This document shows positions 1-8,147 of a stretch of 30,203 bases of DNA, piece after piece. The position numbers were made by a program, and so were the translations under genes. The DNA lies in IMG/VR virus record IMGVR_UViG_3300029171_000035, positions 1-30,203 of that record. One strand, written 5' to 3'. Below the pieces are notes generated by a model. It saw nothing but the letters and a program-made list of their open reading frames with translations, was not told the origin of the DNA and did no database searches. The number at the start of each line of letters is the position of its first letter. Positions within the stretch are counted from its first letter, which is position 1. Source of the DNA: a virus. Lineage: Duplodnaviria; Caudoviricetes.

Positions 1-2
1 GT

Positions 3-248
3 TTCCCAGTCACGATCCGGCAAGATGAGAAATACCAACTAACTCCAGAAAACAGGGATGAGGCAATGGAATTTGGTGATGAGGTTATTCTAAAACCCGG
101 CATCTACATGGTTGACATTCCTCCTTTTGAAGTGATTGAGCAATGGAAGATGCTTGATGGGAATTGGTACGACAAGGCGGAATTAAAACTCGTCAACGAC
201 CATGACCCAGTAGTCCGTCAAGTAGCAAGGTTTAAACTAACCAAATGA
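3..248 (+). CDS. hypothetical phage protein, probably 5'-truncated by the window edge
   Basis: The frame of the 66..248 ORF is open back to position 3 (FPVTIRQDEKYQLTPENRDEA-MEF...), so the true start may lie upstream of the window. Confidence 0.6.
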   Translation, partial: FPVTIRQDEKYQLTPENRDEAMEFGDEVILKPGIYMVDIPPFEVIEQWKMLDGNWYDKAELKLVNDHDPVVRQVARFKLTK

Positions 249-251
249 GAT

Positions 252-455
252 ATGGAAAAGACTAGCGAACCTCATGTTTGTCCTGTTTGCCGGGGGAATG
301 GATTGGTACCTAATGGTTTTTATTTTCAGAAATCAAGTCATTGGACTACTGCTTCAACCATGCCGGAGACTTGCCGAAGCTGTAAGGGAACGGGGATAGT
401 TTGGAGTAACGATTTCAATGTTAAACCATTCACAGTAGAACCCCCTAACCAATAA
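252..455 (+). CDS. small DnaJ-type zinc-finger protein
   Basis: Two CxxCxGxG motifs (CPVCRGNG, CRSCKGTG); tightly packed with neighbouring genes. Confidence 0.75.
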   Translation: MEKTSEPHVCPVCRGNGLVPNGFYFQKSSHWTTASTMPETCRSCKGTGIVWSNDFNVKPFTVEPPNQ

Positions 456-459
456 CCCA

Positions 460-666
460 ATGGGAGACTACTCATTTGATCTTCGTCCATTGATTTGGAT
501 GGGAGTATTCATAGGAATCGTTTTTGCGATTATCATTTGGTTCATTGTTGAACTTGCTGACGGCCCTGATGATGTAATCCGTTCTGACAAGCAGTTAAGT
601 CCAGAGATAGAACTTGTGATAAAAGACAATCGCGTTGATACTATTTACGTTTACAGAAAACCGTAA
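460..666 (+). CDS. hypothetical single-pass membrane protein
   Basis: Hydrophobic stretch LIWMGVFIGIVFAIIIWFIV; starts 4 nt after the previous stop. Confidence 0.7.
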   Translation: MGDYSFDLRPLIWMGVFIGIVFAIIIWFIVELADGPDDVIRSDKQLSPEIELVIKDNRVDTIYVYRKP

Positions 667-670
667 CCCA

Positions 671-1060
671 ATGGAAGAGATTAAAAAGAATATCGAGGAG
701 AAACTACTTATGCTTGCCTCTGATATGGAGCAAAACAAACATGTAAATTATCCTGGTAATTGGTCTTTACTTATTGCCGCCTCCGAGGAGATCAGGAAAA
801 AGGACGTAGAGATAGCGAGACTGAACGAGGAGGGTCAGGAGGTCATTGACGCAATGGCAAGAGGGAAAGAATTGAGCAGGTCAATACGATGGGACGGAGA
901 ACCAAGCGAATACGACAAGCTAAAATCCCTCCTCCAAGCCAAAGAGGAGGAGTTGAAAAAATTAGTGGGACTGTTGCGTAGGTATTACCAAGGCAACATG
1001 GGTGACCATACACTTGTCAAAGAAACAGAAGAAGCCTTAGCCCAATCCAATAAACTATGA
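671..1060 (+). CDS. hypothetical coiled-coil protein
   Basis: ATG at 671 (MEEIKKN) follows the upstream stop with the same TAACCCAATGG junction seen at 453-463; E/K/L-rich helical sequence. Confidence 0.7.
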   Translation: MEEIKKNIEEKLLMLASDMEQNKHVNYPGNWSLLIAASEEIRKKDVEIARLNEEGQEVIDAMARGKELSRSIRWDGEPSEYDKLKSLLQAKEEELKKLVGLLRRYYQGNMGDHTLVKETEEALAQSNKL

Positions 1061-1197
1061 AAGACGAAGAAAAAATAGACTGGTGGTGGAAGTATGGTTC
1101 AGTTCGGGCCGGATGCCCTCACGATCTTTATTGTGTTTGGGCTGATGCCAAACTTTCAAAAGAGGCTTCAATCTTCAAAATACTTTATCACCTATGA
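1057..1197 (+). CDS. small hypothetical protein (46 aa, MKDEEKIDWWWKYGSVRAGCPHDLYCVWADAKLSKEASIFKILYHL), below the ORF-track cutoff
   Basis: ATGA overlap with the stop of 671..1060; translated by hand. Confidence 0.55.
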   Translation: MKDEEKIDWWWKYGSVRAGCPHDLYCVWADAKLSKEASIFKILYHL

Positions 1198-1335
1198 CCA
1201 CCCGCGTAATTCTAACCTCCTTCCACAAATGACAAATACTCTAGGCAGTTGTGCAAGCGGTGTTTCCGATACTCGCCGTTGACATTCTGGACTCCTGACG
1301 AACTATGGCACAGAGTCACAGTAGAAAGCATATGA
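1194..1335 (+). pseudogene. possible small CxxC gene interrupted by a 1-nt frameshift
   Basis: ATGA-coupled start at 1194 (MTTRVILTSFH..) stops early. A second frame (NDKYSRQLCKRCFRYSPLTFWTPDELWHRVTVESI) ends in an ATGA overlap with the next gene at 1332-1335. The span is 142 nt (3n+1). Confidence 0.35.
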
Positions 1336-1598
1336 CCGAAACACTTGAATTACTCAAACAACTTTACAACAGTGACGATGGCGGTATCGGTGGATACGCC
1401 CACATTGTTACCGATGATGGTAATATCGAAGATGCGAATATTGATTCGTGTCTTGAGGATGCCAAGAAAAATATTTCTAACATGTCACAAGAAACTGTTT
1501 CTGCGTCCATCAGATGCCTTGAGGCTTTGAGGAAATTAACAGAAGATGAGCGAGAGGTAGTGCTGCTTGAGTTTTGGAAGCGGCGCCTTAAAGAATAA
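1332..1598 (+). CDS. hypothetical protein (last gene of the plus-strand block, convergent with the lysis module)
   Basis: ORF 1305..1598; more likely start is ATG 1332 (MTETLELL) in an ATGA context; motif GGYAHIVTDDGNIED. Confidence 0.7.
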   Translation: MTETLELLKQLYNSDDGGIGGYAHIVTDDGNIEDANIDSCLEDAKKNISNMSQETVSASIRCLEALRKLTEDEREVVLLEFWKRRLKE

Positions 1599-1974
1599 GA
1601 ACCACGACTAGAAGCACCCCGCCTACCCCGGCGAGGAACTTCCATTTTTTCACGTCTTTCTTTATTTCCTGAGTAAATTTTACCTGATTCTCGCGCCGTT
1701 GTTCGCTTATCCCCAGCTCCCTTTGGTACATTTCAATCTGGCGGTCTTTCACTAGAAGTAAAGAGTCTGCGAACGCCTCCACCCTCAGCCCCAGGTTAAC
1801 CTCCTTTTCAAGTTCGGTAACAAGCGAATCACAAGCGTAGGCCCGCTCGGCATCGTGGATAAGCCGCCACAAAGCCCAACGCTCAACGGGGACGCGAGCC
1901 GTAGAGTCGGGCGATGGCTGAGTCAATCCCTGCATCGGTAAGGCGAGGGACAGGCATAGAACGAGCGTTTTCAT
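1588..1974 (-). CDS. lysis-module protein, spanin-like (signal peptide, coiled coil, C-terminal TM)
   Basis: N-terminal MKTLVLCLSLALPMQG, central coiled coil, C-terminal KKWKFLAGVGGVLLVVVLIL; overlaps the 3' end of the upstream gene in another frame, as in Rz/Rz1 pairs. Confidence 0.6.
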   Translation of the reverse strand: MKTLVLCLSLALPMQGLTQPSPDSTARVPVERWALWRLIHDAERAYACDSLVTELEKEVNLGLRVEAFADSLLLVKDRQIEMYQRELGISEQRRENQVKFTQEIKKDVKKWKFLAGVGGVLLVVVLIL

Positions 1975-2221
1975 AGCGTTTTCTGTAAGTGTCGGTAACG
2001 ACCTTTTGGGTCTGAATTTCGGCCTTTGCCAAATTGAGGGCCGTAAGGGCTTTTATGGCCTCTAGATTGGTAGCCCGTAAAATCGTTTTTAAGCTATCTT
2101 GCTTGCGTTTTAAGACACTTTCGACCTGTGAGTAGTGTTCTGATACCCCCCGGCTTCGGCGATCTTGCCACAGAAGGGCTATAATCAAGCCTACGACGAT
2201 AATCCAAGGGGCGTATTTCAT
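1883..2221 (-). CDS. putative i-spanin-like protein (N-terminal TM plus periplasmic coiled coil)
   Basis: TM WIIVVGLIIALLW followed by a helical domain; lies downstream of the endolysin and holin candidates. Confidence 0.6.
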   Translation of the reverse strand: MKYAPWIIVVGLIIALLWQDRRSRGVSEHYSQVESVLKRKQDSLKTILRATNLEAIKALTALNLAKAEIQTQKVVTDTYRKRYENARSMPVPRLTDAGIDSAIARLYGSRPR

Positions 2222-2439
2222 GGCGCTTGAGGTGGTTCGTCCTTATGGCTCCGGGTGTAGTAGTACCCCACCAAAGAGGTTACAAAAGCTCCTTCGATGA
2301 TACCCATCAGGTGAATGAATATCTCCCGGTTGCCTTCTGGAATTTCAATGAAAACCAAGCCAATGACAACAAAGTCGAAGGCCAGAATGATCGACAAGGC
2401 AGTCAGCATTTTGATAAAATTCCCCTCTTTCATTCTCAT
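2218..2439 (-). CDS. putative holin (2 TM)
   Basis: 73 aa, two hydrophobic helices, 'IPEGNREIF...LVGYYY' pattern, charged C-tail, immediately after the endolysin candidate; possible dual start (MRM). Confidence 0.65.
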   Translation of the reverse strand: MRMKEGNFIKMLTALSIILAFDFVVIGLVFIEIPEGNREIFIHLMGIIEGAFVTSLVGYYYTRSHKDEPPQAP

Positions 2440-2921
2440 TGCTCGTCTCTGATTTCAATGTGACACTTACTCCCCGATTCAAGTAACGGGTAGATGATTT
2501 GATACAGGTCGTTCACGGCAAGCAAAGATTTTGAAGACTGATTGTTGACAAGTGAAATGTCAAAAGCATACGCCGGAAGGATGCACCCTAGCGTGTGATC
2601 GTTGTCATTCCCTGAGTGAATGTAAGCCCCTGAGTAATTCGGAATCTTTAATACTTCGATATGGAACCACCCCGGATTAGCTTTGAACCACGGCATAGCC
2701 TTGTATGCTTCTCGGTGCTTGATCGTTAGCGGCGTGTTCTCTTTCCTCAAACCAAGTTCATAGAAGCCAGCCGGAATCCTGGTATCGCCCGCGATCTTTT
2801 GAGGGTGAAAAGTGTCCTCAAGCGAGAACGACCGGAAGCCTTCACATGAAAGGAACCCACAAGTATAGTTACCCGTTGCGAGTGTCTTGGTGTGCCAAAG
2901 TCTTTGTAGGACTAATTTCAT
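2436..2921 (-). CDS. DUF5675-like protein, putative endolysin (L,D-transpeptidase-like His/Cys motif)
   Basis: Motifs SLED, TRIPAGxYEL, YIHSGN, HTLGCIL, typical of this family in phage lysis cassettes. Confidence 0.75.
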   Translation of the reverse strand: MKLVLQRLWHTKTLATGNYTCGFLSCEGFRSFSLEDTFHPQKIAGDTRIPAGFYELGLRKENTPLTIKHREAYKAMPWFKANPGWFHIEVLKIPNYSGAYIHSGNDNDHTLGCILPAYAFDISLVNNQSSKSLLAVNDLYQIIYPLLESGSKCHIEIRDEQ

Positions 2922-3202
2922 CTCCCTCTTAGGTTTCGTAAAACTTCTAGTTTCTCGTTTATCAATTCCATTTGTTCCTGATTCCGTTGCGATGCCTCCT
3001 CTGCCCTTGTAGCTATACTCTTTACGCGCTCATCCCGCGCCTTGTCGTTGGTCTTCAAATCCTCAACATCTTTTTTGATTTCCTTAATATCGGAACGCAT
3101 ACCGTTGATTGTGTTCCAAAACAAAAACATGGCAACAGTCATCACCCCGGCCAGCACGTAGCCCGCCGAAATCCCCCCGTCTGGTAAAATCTGTGCTAGC
3201 AT
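2918..3202 (-). CDS. membrane-anchored coiled-coil protein (holin/antiholin-like)
   Basis: N-terminal TM (YVLAGVMTVAMFLFW) then a charged coiled coil; ATGA overlap with the endolysin. Confidence 0.6.
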   Translation of the reverse strand: MLAQILPDGGISAGYVLAGVMTVAMFLFWNTINGMRSDIKEIKKDVEDLKTNDKARDERVKSIATRAEEASQRNQEQMELINEKLEVLRNLRGR

Positions 3203-3324
3203 AGTTTTTTCAGTTTAGTTATCTCAGCTTTCAGTTGAGCAATTTCTCGCTTAAAGTAAATCCGTTGCCATACCATTAGTGGCAAAAGAATAACAACGAT
3301 GAAGCAAATCAGCGCGAGTTCCAT
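3196..3324 (-). CDS. small single-TM protein (42 aa)
   Basis: Likely start ATG 3324 (MELALICFIVVILLPLMVW...), basic coiled-coil tail. Confidence 0.55.
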   Translation of the reverse strand: MELALICFIVVILLPLMVWQRIYFKREIAQLKAEITKLKKLC

Positions 3325-3662
3325 CTCTGATACAGCAGGTAAACGCCAAAAAGTAAGAAACTCACGGTATTGAAGCTGAACCATTCCCCAAGATACGGTT
3401 TATTGTAATGAACTAAATGATCCACCAAGTCTAGAGTCTGAATGACAAAGAAAGCATAAACGACATATTGCCTTGATGAAATCCACCAATGGTAAGCCAG
3501 AACAATAATCGTAAGCCTCTGAGTTATCAGCCAAACATATTGTTCTAGGTTGACCTGAATTTCCTGAGCTAGCGGAAATGGTCTCATATCAGGAGAACCC
3601 GTCCAAAGTATAAACAGGCAGTTAACCAAAAGCAGAATCAATATCGTGCGCTCGGCAGTCAT
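3309..3662 (-). CDS. multi-pass membrane protein (3-4 TM)
   Basis: Likely start ATG 3662 (MTAERTILILLL) in ATGA overlap with the upstream small gene; several hydrophobic helices. Confidence 0.65.
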   Translation of the reverse strand: MTAERTILILLLVNCLFILWTGSPDMRPFPLAQEIQVNLEQYVWLITQRLTIIVLAYHWWISSRQYVVYAFFVIQTLDLVDHLVHYNKPYLGEWFSFNTVSFLLFGVYLLYQRWNSR

Positions 3663-3835
3663 TGACATCCGGCAGGCGGGCACGGAGGTCTTGGGTTACC
3701 ATGCTGGAAGTAAACGGTGATCCCGTGCTCGGCGCAGTTCTTAACAAAATTGTAATCGCTTTGGTTGGGGTTACCAACCTGTAAGTAGATTGGTGCGTAG
3801 CAATTTTCGCACTTGTGTTTCTTTTTCTTTTTCAT
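3659..3835 (-). CDS. small Cys/Pro-rich basic protein (58 aa), missed by the ORF track
   Basis: Hand translation MKKKKKHKCENCYAPIYLQVGNPNQSDYNFVKNCAEHGITVYFQHGNPRPPCPPAGCQ; ATGA overlaps at both ends fill the gap exactly. Confidence 0.7.
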   Translation of the reverse strand: MKKKKKHKCENCYAPIYLQVGNPNQSDYNFVKNCAEHGITVYFQHGNPRPPCPPAGCQ

Positions 3836-4095
3836 TTTTTTAGTTTTTCAATTTCGCGTTCATGCCTGTCTAAAGACTCCTTTATAGCTTTAAGTTCGGT
3901 GTCATGTTTGACAACTAAACGGATGGCCTCCTCCATTGTTTTAGAGTTTATCTCAGCCCTTCGTTCGATGTTTTCGATCGAGCGGTCTATGTTGGATTTC
4001 ACAATAGACGCAAGCGTTACTAAGGTAGTGCAGGCGATCACCACCACGCCCCTTACAACCCAAGCCGCCGCGCTATGTAGTTTTTCCTCGCTCAT
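3832..4095 (-). CDS. membrane-anchored coiled-coil protein
   Basis: TM (WVVRGVVVIACTTLVTLASIV) plus a coiled coil; ATGA overlap with the upstream fibre gene. Confidence 0.65.
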   Translation of the reverse strand: MSEEKLHSAAAWVVRGVVVIACTTLVTLASIVKSNIDRSIENIERRAEINSKTMEEAIRLVVKHDTELKAIKESLDRHEREIEKLKK

Positions 4096-6437
4096 GGTAA
4101 CCCCTCTTGTGTCCTGTAAGCATTAATCAGCGCGATGTCTTCAGCCGTTTGTAAGTCGTCACACACGATGAGTAAATAGTCGTCATGGCGGCCCGATACT
4201 CCCGTAGACCCCAAACAAAAGCCTGTGGTCATCCGTGTGGTTCCCGTAAGAGAACTAAACGATTGCCCTGTATTTGATCCGGTAACCGTTAAAGATTGGT
4301 CCACGTCATTCTTTGCTATCGACCACGCCGACCCGGAAGCCTTGAAGTCATATTTCGCCGGACTTGTTGTAGCATCCAAAAAACTCACCCTTGAATTAAA
4401 CCCTGACGCATTCCACCACTCAATGAATACATGGTTTGCCGGTGAATCTGAGGACGACTTATGCCCGCAGATAATCCTCCAGGTATTTGTGTTGTGGATA
4501 GAAGCCGCCCAATAGATCGCCCTTGTGGTTGACACCACTCTATTCCCTATCACCGTAATTTGAAACTTAGTAGCTGGGGTTAACGCTGAAATGGTGGTCA
4601 GCAAAGAGTGCGAAGCCGTAGAGGTTCCGGTAGATTCCTGATTTGCCGATACATAGCTTCTCCTTTGTGAGGATGTGGTGTTATACATCGGGTTAGCGGC
4701 GTTGGCCTGATTGGGAGAAACAGGAATCTGGAAAGTGGGCGAGGTAGAATCCGGGTAGACATAGTTCATTTCCCCGTCATGGGAAATAATCAGCACCTTG
4801 CACTTGGAACCCAACTGAGCAACAATGTCGGCAGGGGTGATGATGTCTGTCTTATGTTTGACGGTAAGAACGGCCTGTTTGTAACGGAAAGTCCCCGGCG
4901 TTCCTTGTTCGGCGCTAGGAGTCGTTGCACCCCACCCGGCGTAATACGGACAGGTGCTGAACTTTGGTGTCGTGGGCGATCCAGTAGGGGCAGTGTTGGA
5001 CCCCACGAAGGTAATATCAGCATCCCCGCCATCGGAAAATTCAAACGTCCACGCGCTCGCGTTCTCCGTGTTTGTAAAACCGTTGGTGTCGTAAACGGCG
5101 GAGTAAATCTTGTTGCCTACCTGTTGGTTCATAACCGAAGCATAGTATGAGCCGATCACCGACCCACCAGACCACGCCGAAAAGGGGACCATAGAGGGGC
5201 TCTTATTGTCTTTTAGGTAGCAACTTTTCGGGTCGTAGCGTAGCCATGTATTCCCGTTAGGGTGAGAGCCGTGTTGGTTGTAACCCATCGGCAGTGGGCT
5301 TCCAAGTGTGCCGTCAGGATATTCTACTATCCCCTCTGTGACAAACGAAAACGGGTTAGCGCCAATTAAAAGATTTTTCAGCCCGTCTAGTGACTGATAG
5401 CGCGCCCTAGCCGCCCCCGCCGAGCCGTCAAAATTTGTCAGGCCCCCGAAACAGTAGGATGTGGTCCCGCCGTCATTACCTACATACCACTTGGTTTCAG
5501 CGATGGAAATAGTAGACCCCGATAGCGTCCACTTTTCTACCGCTACAGCTATGGCACCCTCCCGGAAAGCCCACCAGCAACCTAACCCATAGTCGTAGTG
5601 GAGTATTACGTCTGTTGTATGTGGAGGAGCTGAATAAGTTGTTATCACGTTTCCGCTCAAATCCATCACCGTCATCGAACCCGCAGGGTTGTAGACGTAC
5701 TGATGCAGGGTAATAGGGTTGAACGAAATCCCCTGCCTTGAAGCGGCGATAGTTGAAAGCCTCGCCGCCTGGGTCATGTTCTCAGCAGGGAAGACCGAGG
5801 TAATAACTCCGTCTATTTCATGCACTCCTATGCGATCGTTTACTGGATCGTACCAGGCGCCTGCTACCGCGTTGGCGTTACCCGTTCCGTCCGGGGCGAT
5901 GTTGGTCAAAGAAATCACCTGTGCCGCCGCCGCTATTGTTGGGGCAAAGGCAAATGAAGATGAAGTGATATATCCTGAGAACCCGACTTGATTAGGATTG
6001 TACCTTAAGTTGAACCGTAAAAGGTTATACGGAAGGGGTGTCGATGTCGCCTGAGTGAGCGTACATGAATCCACGTTATACCTTTCGCTTCCGGGTTCTT
6101 TTACGTTCAGGTCATAGGCTAAAATCGTGTAGGTAGTCGTGTGAGTAAGCCCCGTAACAATTACTTCACTAGGATCATCGCCGACATAAACGCAGTAATT
6201 ACCTCCGCCTAAATCAGTACCCGCCCCGAAGACGGCAGTTTTGGTGACACTTCCAGATGAATAGGTTGTATGTTCCGATGGTAGCGTAAGATTTGAAGAC
6301 CCAAGTTTTACAACGAGCATCGTCTTCACCCCTGACCCGCGCGTGCAAGCAAGCTCCATCCTAACGTCCCTAACGTCCGAGGCTACAATGTTAGAGGCCT
6401 GAGTAGTGGGTTTAGGCAGAACTTTAGGATAGTTCAT
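4092..6437 (-). CDS. large multidomain tail fibre / receptor-binding protein (FN3-like N-terminus, beta-rich middle, possible lectin/LamG-like C-terminus)
   Basis: 781 aa, S/T/G-rich and beta-strand-rich; N-terminal PTTQAS...VYVG...VTGLxxxTTY FN3-like signature; last virion gene before the lysis block. Confidence 0.6.
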   Translation of the reverse strand: MNYPKVLPKPTTQASNIVASDVRDVRMELACTRGSGVKTMLVVKLGSSNLTLPSEHTTYSSGSVTKTAVFGAGTDLGGGNYCVYVGDDPSEVIVTGLTHTTTYTILAYDLNVKEPGSERYNVDSCTLTQATSTPLPYNLLRFNLRYNPNQVGFSGYITSSSFAFAPTIAAAAQVISLTNIAPDGTGNANAVAGAWYDPVNDRIGVHEIDGVITSVFPAENMTQAARLSTIAASRQGISFNPITLHQYVYNPAGSMTVMDLSGNVITTYSAPPHTTDVILHYDYGLGCWWAFREGAIAVAVEKWTLSGSTISIAETKWYVGNDGGTTSYCFGGLTNFDGSAGAARARYQSLDGLKNLLIGANPFSFVTEGIVEYPDGTLGSPLPMGYNQHGSHPNGNTWLRYDPKSCYLKDNKSPSMVPFSAWSGGSVIGSYYASVMNQQVGNKIYSAVYDTNGFTNTENASAWTFEFSDGGDADITFVGSNTAPTGSPTTPKFSTCPYYAGWGATTPSAEQGTPGTFRYKQAVLTVKHKTDIITPADIVAQLGSKCKVLIISHDGEMNYVYPDSTSPTFQIPVSPNQANAANPMYNTTSSQRRSYVSANQESTGTSTASHSLLTTISALTPATKFQITVIGNRVVSTTRAIYWAASIHNTNTWRIICGHKSSSDSPANHVFIEWWNASGFNSRVSFLDATTSPAKYDFKASGSAWSIAKNDVDQSLTVTGSNTGQSFSSLTGTTRMTTGFCLGSTGVSGRHDDYLLIVCDDLQTAEDIALINAYRTQEGLP

Positions 6438-6685
6438 TGCTCGTCAAGTTGACCCGCAAGTTCCTCGGCATGTAGTTTGTTACCAATAAATCCAACCATC
6501 CAAAAGCCTATTAACTCTTCGTCTAATCCCCATGATGTAACAAAACTGTCATCTACAACGATGGAGAAATTTAAATCCAGATCAGTAGAAAGGAGTTTCT
6601 TGATTTCGTAGTGATCTATCCCATGTAGTTTGTGACCCTCTGGAATCAGGACGTAGCAGTTGTCTTCGATAATGTGTGTTTTCAT
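6434..6685 (-). CDS. hypothetical acidic protein between the fibre genes
   Basis: 83-aa ORF starting 1 nt after the upstream stop, with an ATGA overlap downstream. Confidence 0.6.
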   Translation of the reverse strand: MKTHIIEDNCYVLIPEGHKLHGIDHYEIKKLLSTDLDLNFSIVVDDSFVTSWGLDEELIGFWMVGFIGNKLHAEELAGQLDEQ

Positions 6686-6686
6686 A

Positions 6687-8117
6687 TTATTGTTTAACTA
6701 ATCTGATATGGAACAAACGAATTGCCCCTGAGTCGGCACTATTGGCAAGCTGTACTGAAACCATGATGTACTGAGCTAAAGAAAAGTCTATGGACAGCGA
6801 GGAAATAGCCACCGTTGTGGTAATCATTTCATCTGGCGTATTAGCTGTTGTGTTAAAAATCTCCTGAGACGAAAGAGAATTTTTGAAATACATCCTGCGC
6901 TGTAGCCCAGTGGTTAATTGCGTTGTCGTCTGAGAAACAGTGGCTATTTGTGTCGCCCCTGAAACCTGATCTAGTGTATGTGCCCTAACCCTGTTTACAC
7001 TTGTGGTAGATCCAGACGCGCGGGAAAAGAAACAGGTTATTTCAAGCATATCATTGGCCCCCAAGGTTCCGGCAGGGATCAAAATACTGTTCCCTAACTT
7101 GGTTTCTGATGTGTTCCCCGTATGGGAAGTGGTGGTGGTGATTAACCCAAGTGTCCGGTCTTTTGAGGGTGTGAAGCCTAAAGCCGTGGTTATGTCGCCT
7201 GAGGTAATGGTAACCGGAGTTGCATTGTAAATTCTAAACGTGTTAGCAGCCGTTTTAACCCATTTGAACTCCGCATCCAATCCGGGGTCTGTAACGGCCC
7301 CAAGGGAAGTGACAAGCGTAACCCCTGGGCTGGCGGCAAAAGAGTATTGACCAGCCCCGATTCTTACAACTAGCCCCCACGAGCCTACAGGTATGGCAAT
7401 AGTGGCGTTATCCGGAAAAGTTAAAGTCCCCGCTGTCCCTTTGCTTAAGTATAGCGTTTTTGAAACATCCGTTAACGCTAAAGTATAATCACCCGCCTGT
7501 GCATTGGCCCAATCTTCAAGAATCTGTCTAGTGCTTGTTGTGCCACCTGTTTCTACTGGTATTTTAGTATCAAGGTTGCGCGCTGCCATTAACGCCTCAT
7601 CCGCCGCCACCGCAATGATAGGTGCCGTTGGGTCAGTGGCATCAATAGAAATATTCGCCCCCGCTACCAGGTTAACAACCGTCCCACCACCGCCTCCGCC
7701 TGTAATTGTTATCGTTACATCAGTCCCACCGATGGTAATAGTAAAGTCCTCCGGATCATTTACACCGTCGAACTCCCCCTGATGGAAGGTAAAAGGACCG
7801 TTCAGCCATGTCGAGTCCTCGTCTTCTGACCACAACCGATAGAAGTAAGTGTTAGGCGACTGTGCCGCCCGCGCGGCCGACAAGTCTATTTCAAGTTGAT
7901 TAACGTCTACATCAAGCCCATCCCCCTCTTCCAAAGTAAATACAGCCGATGAACTTGAAGGACGGCGGTAAACAGCGAGTTTAAAATCCTTTCCTGTTAC
8001 AGGAAACGCGGCCCCGTCAGCGTCCACGAAAGTTAATATTACGACCTCGCCCTCTTCGTCGCACCGCGCGTACATGGGCAGGACTCTGGACTTGTCAAAT
8101 GTTGCTCCTGTTGGCAT
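6687..8117 (-). CDS. tail fibre / minor tail protein (BppU-like N-terminus, Gly hinge, fibre modules)
   Basis: ATG 8117 (MPTGATF); Ig/BppU-like N-domain, ITGGGGGGT hinge, common fibre module YTLALTD...IPVG...GAGQ...GVTL, DITTALGFTP motif. Confidence 0.65.
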   Translation of the reverse strand: MPTGATFDKSRVLPMYARCDEEGEVVILTFVDADGAAFPVTGKDFKLAVYRRPSSSSAVFTLEEGDGLDVDVNQLEIDLSAARAAQSPNTYFYRLWSEDEDSTWLNGPFTFHQGEFDGVNDPEDFTITIGGTDVTITITGGGGGGTVVNLVAGANISIDATDPTAPIIAVAADEALMAARNLDTKIPVETGGTTSTRQILEDWANAQAGDYTLALTDVSKTLYLSKGTAGTLTFPDNATIAIPVGSWGLVVRIGAGQYSFAASPGVTLVTSLGAVTDPGLDAEFKWVKTAANTFRIYNATPVTITSGDITTALGFTPSKDRTLGLITTTTSHTGNTSETKLGNSILIPAGTLGANDMLEITCFFSRASGSTTSVNRVRAHTLDQVSGATQIATVSQTTTQLTTGLQRRMYFKNSLSSQEIFNTTANTPDEMITTTVAISSLSIDFSLAQYIMVSVQLANSADSGAIRLFHIRLVKQ

Positions 8118-8121
8118 ATAC

Positions 8122-8147
8122 AAAAAAGGCGGACATTTGCCCGCCCT
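8122..8147 (-). terminator. rho-independent terminator after the tail tube gene
   Basis: Minus strand reads GGCGGGC-AAAT-GTCCGCC-TTTTTT. Confidence 0.8.

Noticed and set aside
1094-1282. 62-aa plus-strand ORF from the track
   Set aside because: It overlaps the ATGA-coupled 1057..1197 ORF and lacks coupling to neighbours; the alternative frames fit the gene packing better.
3659-3835. Cys-rich peptide as RiPP substrate of the radical SAM enzyme
   Set aside because: It is 22 kb away, the enzyme has no room for an N-terminal RRE domain, and its genomic context points to sugars.
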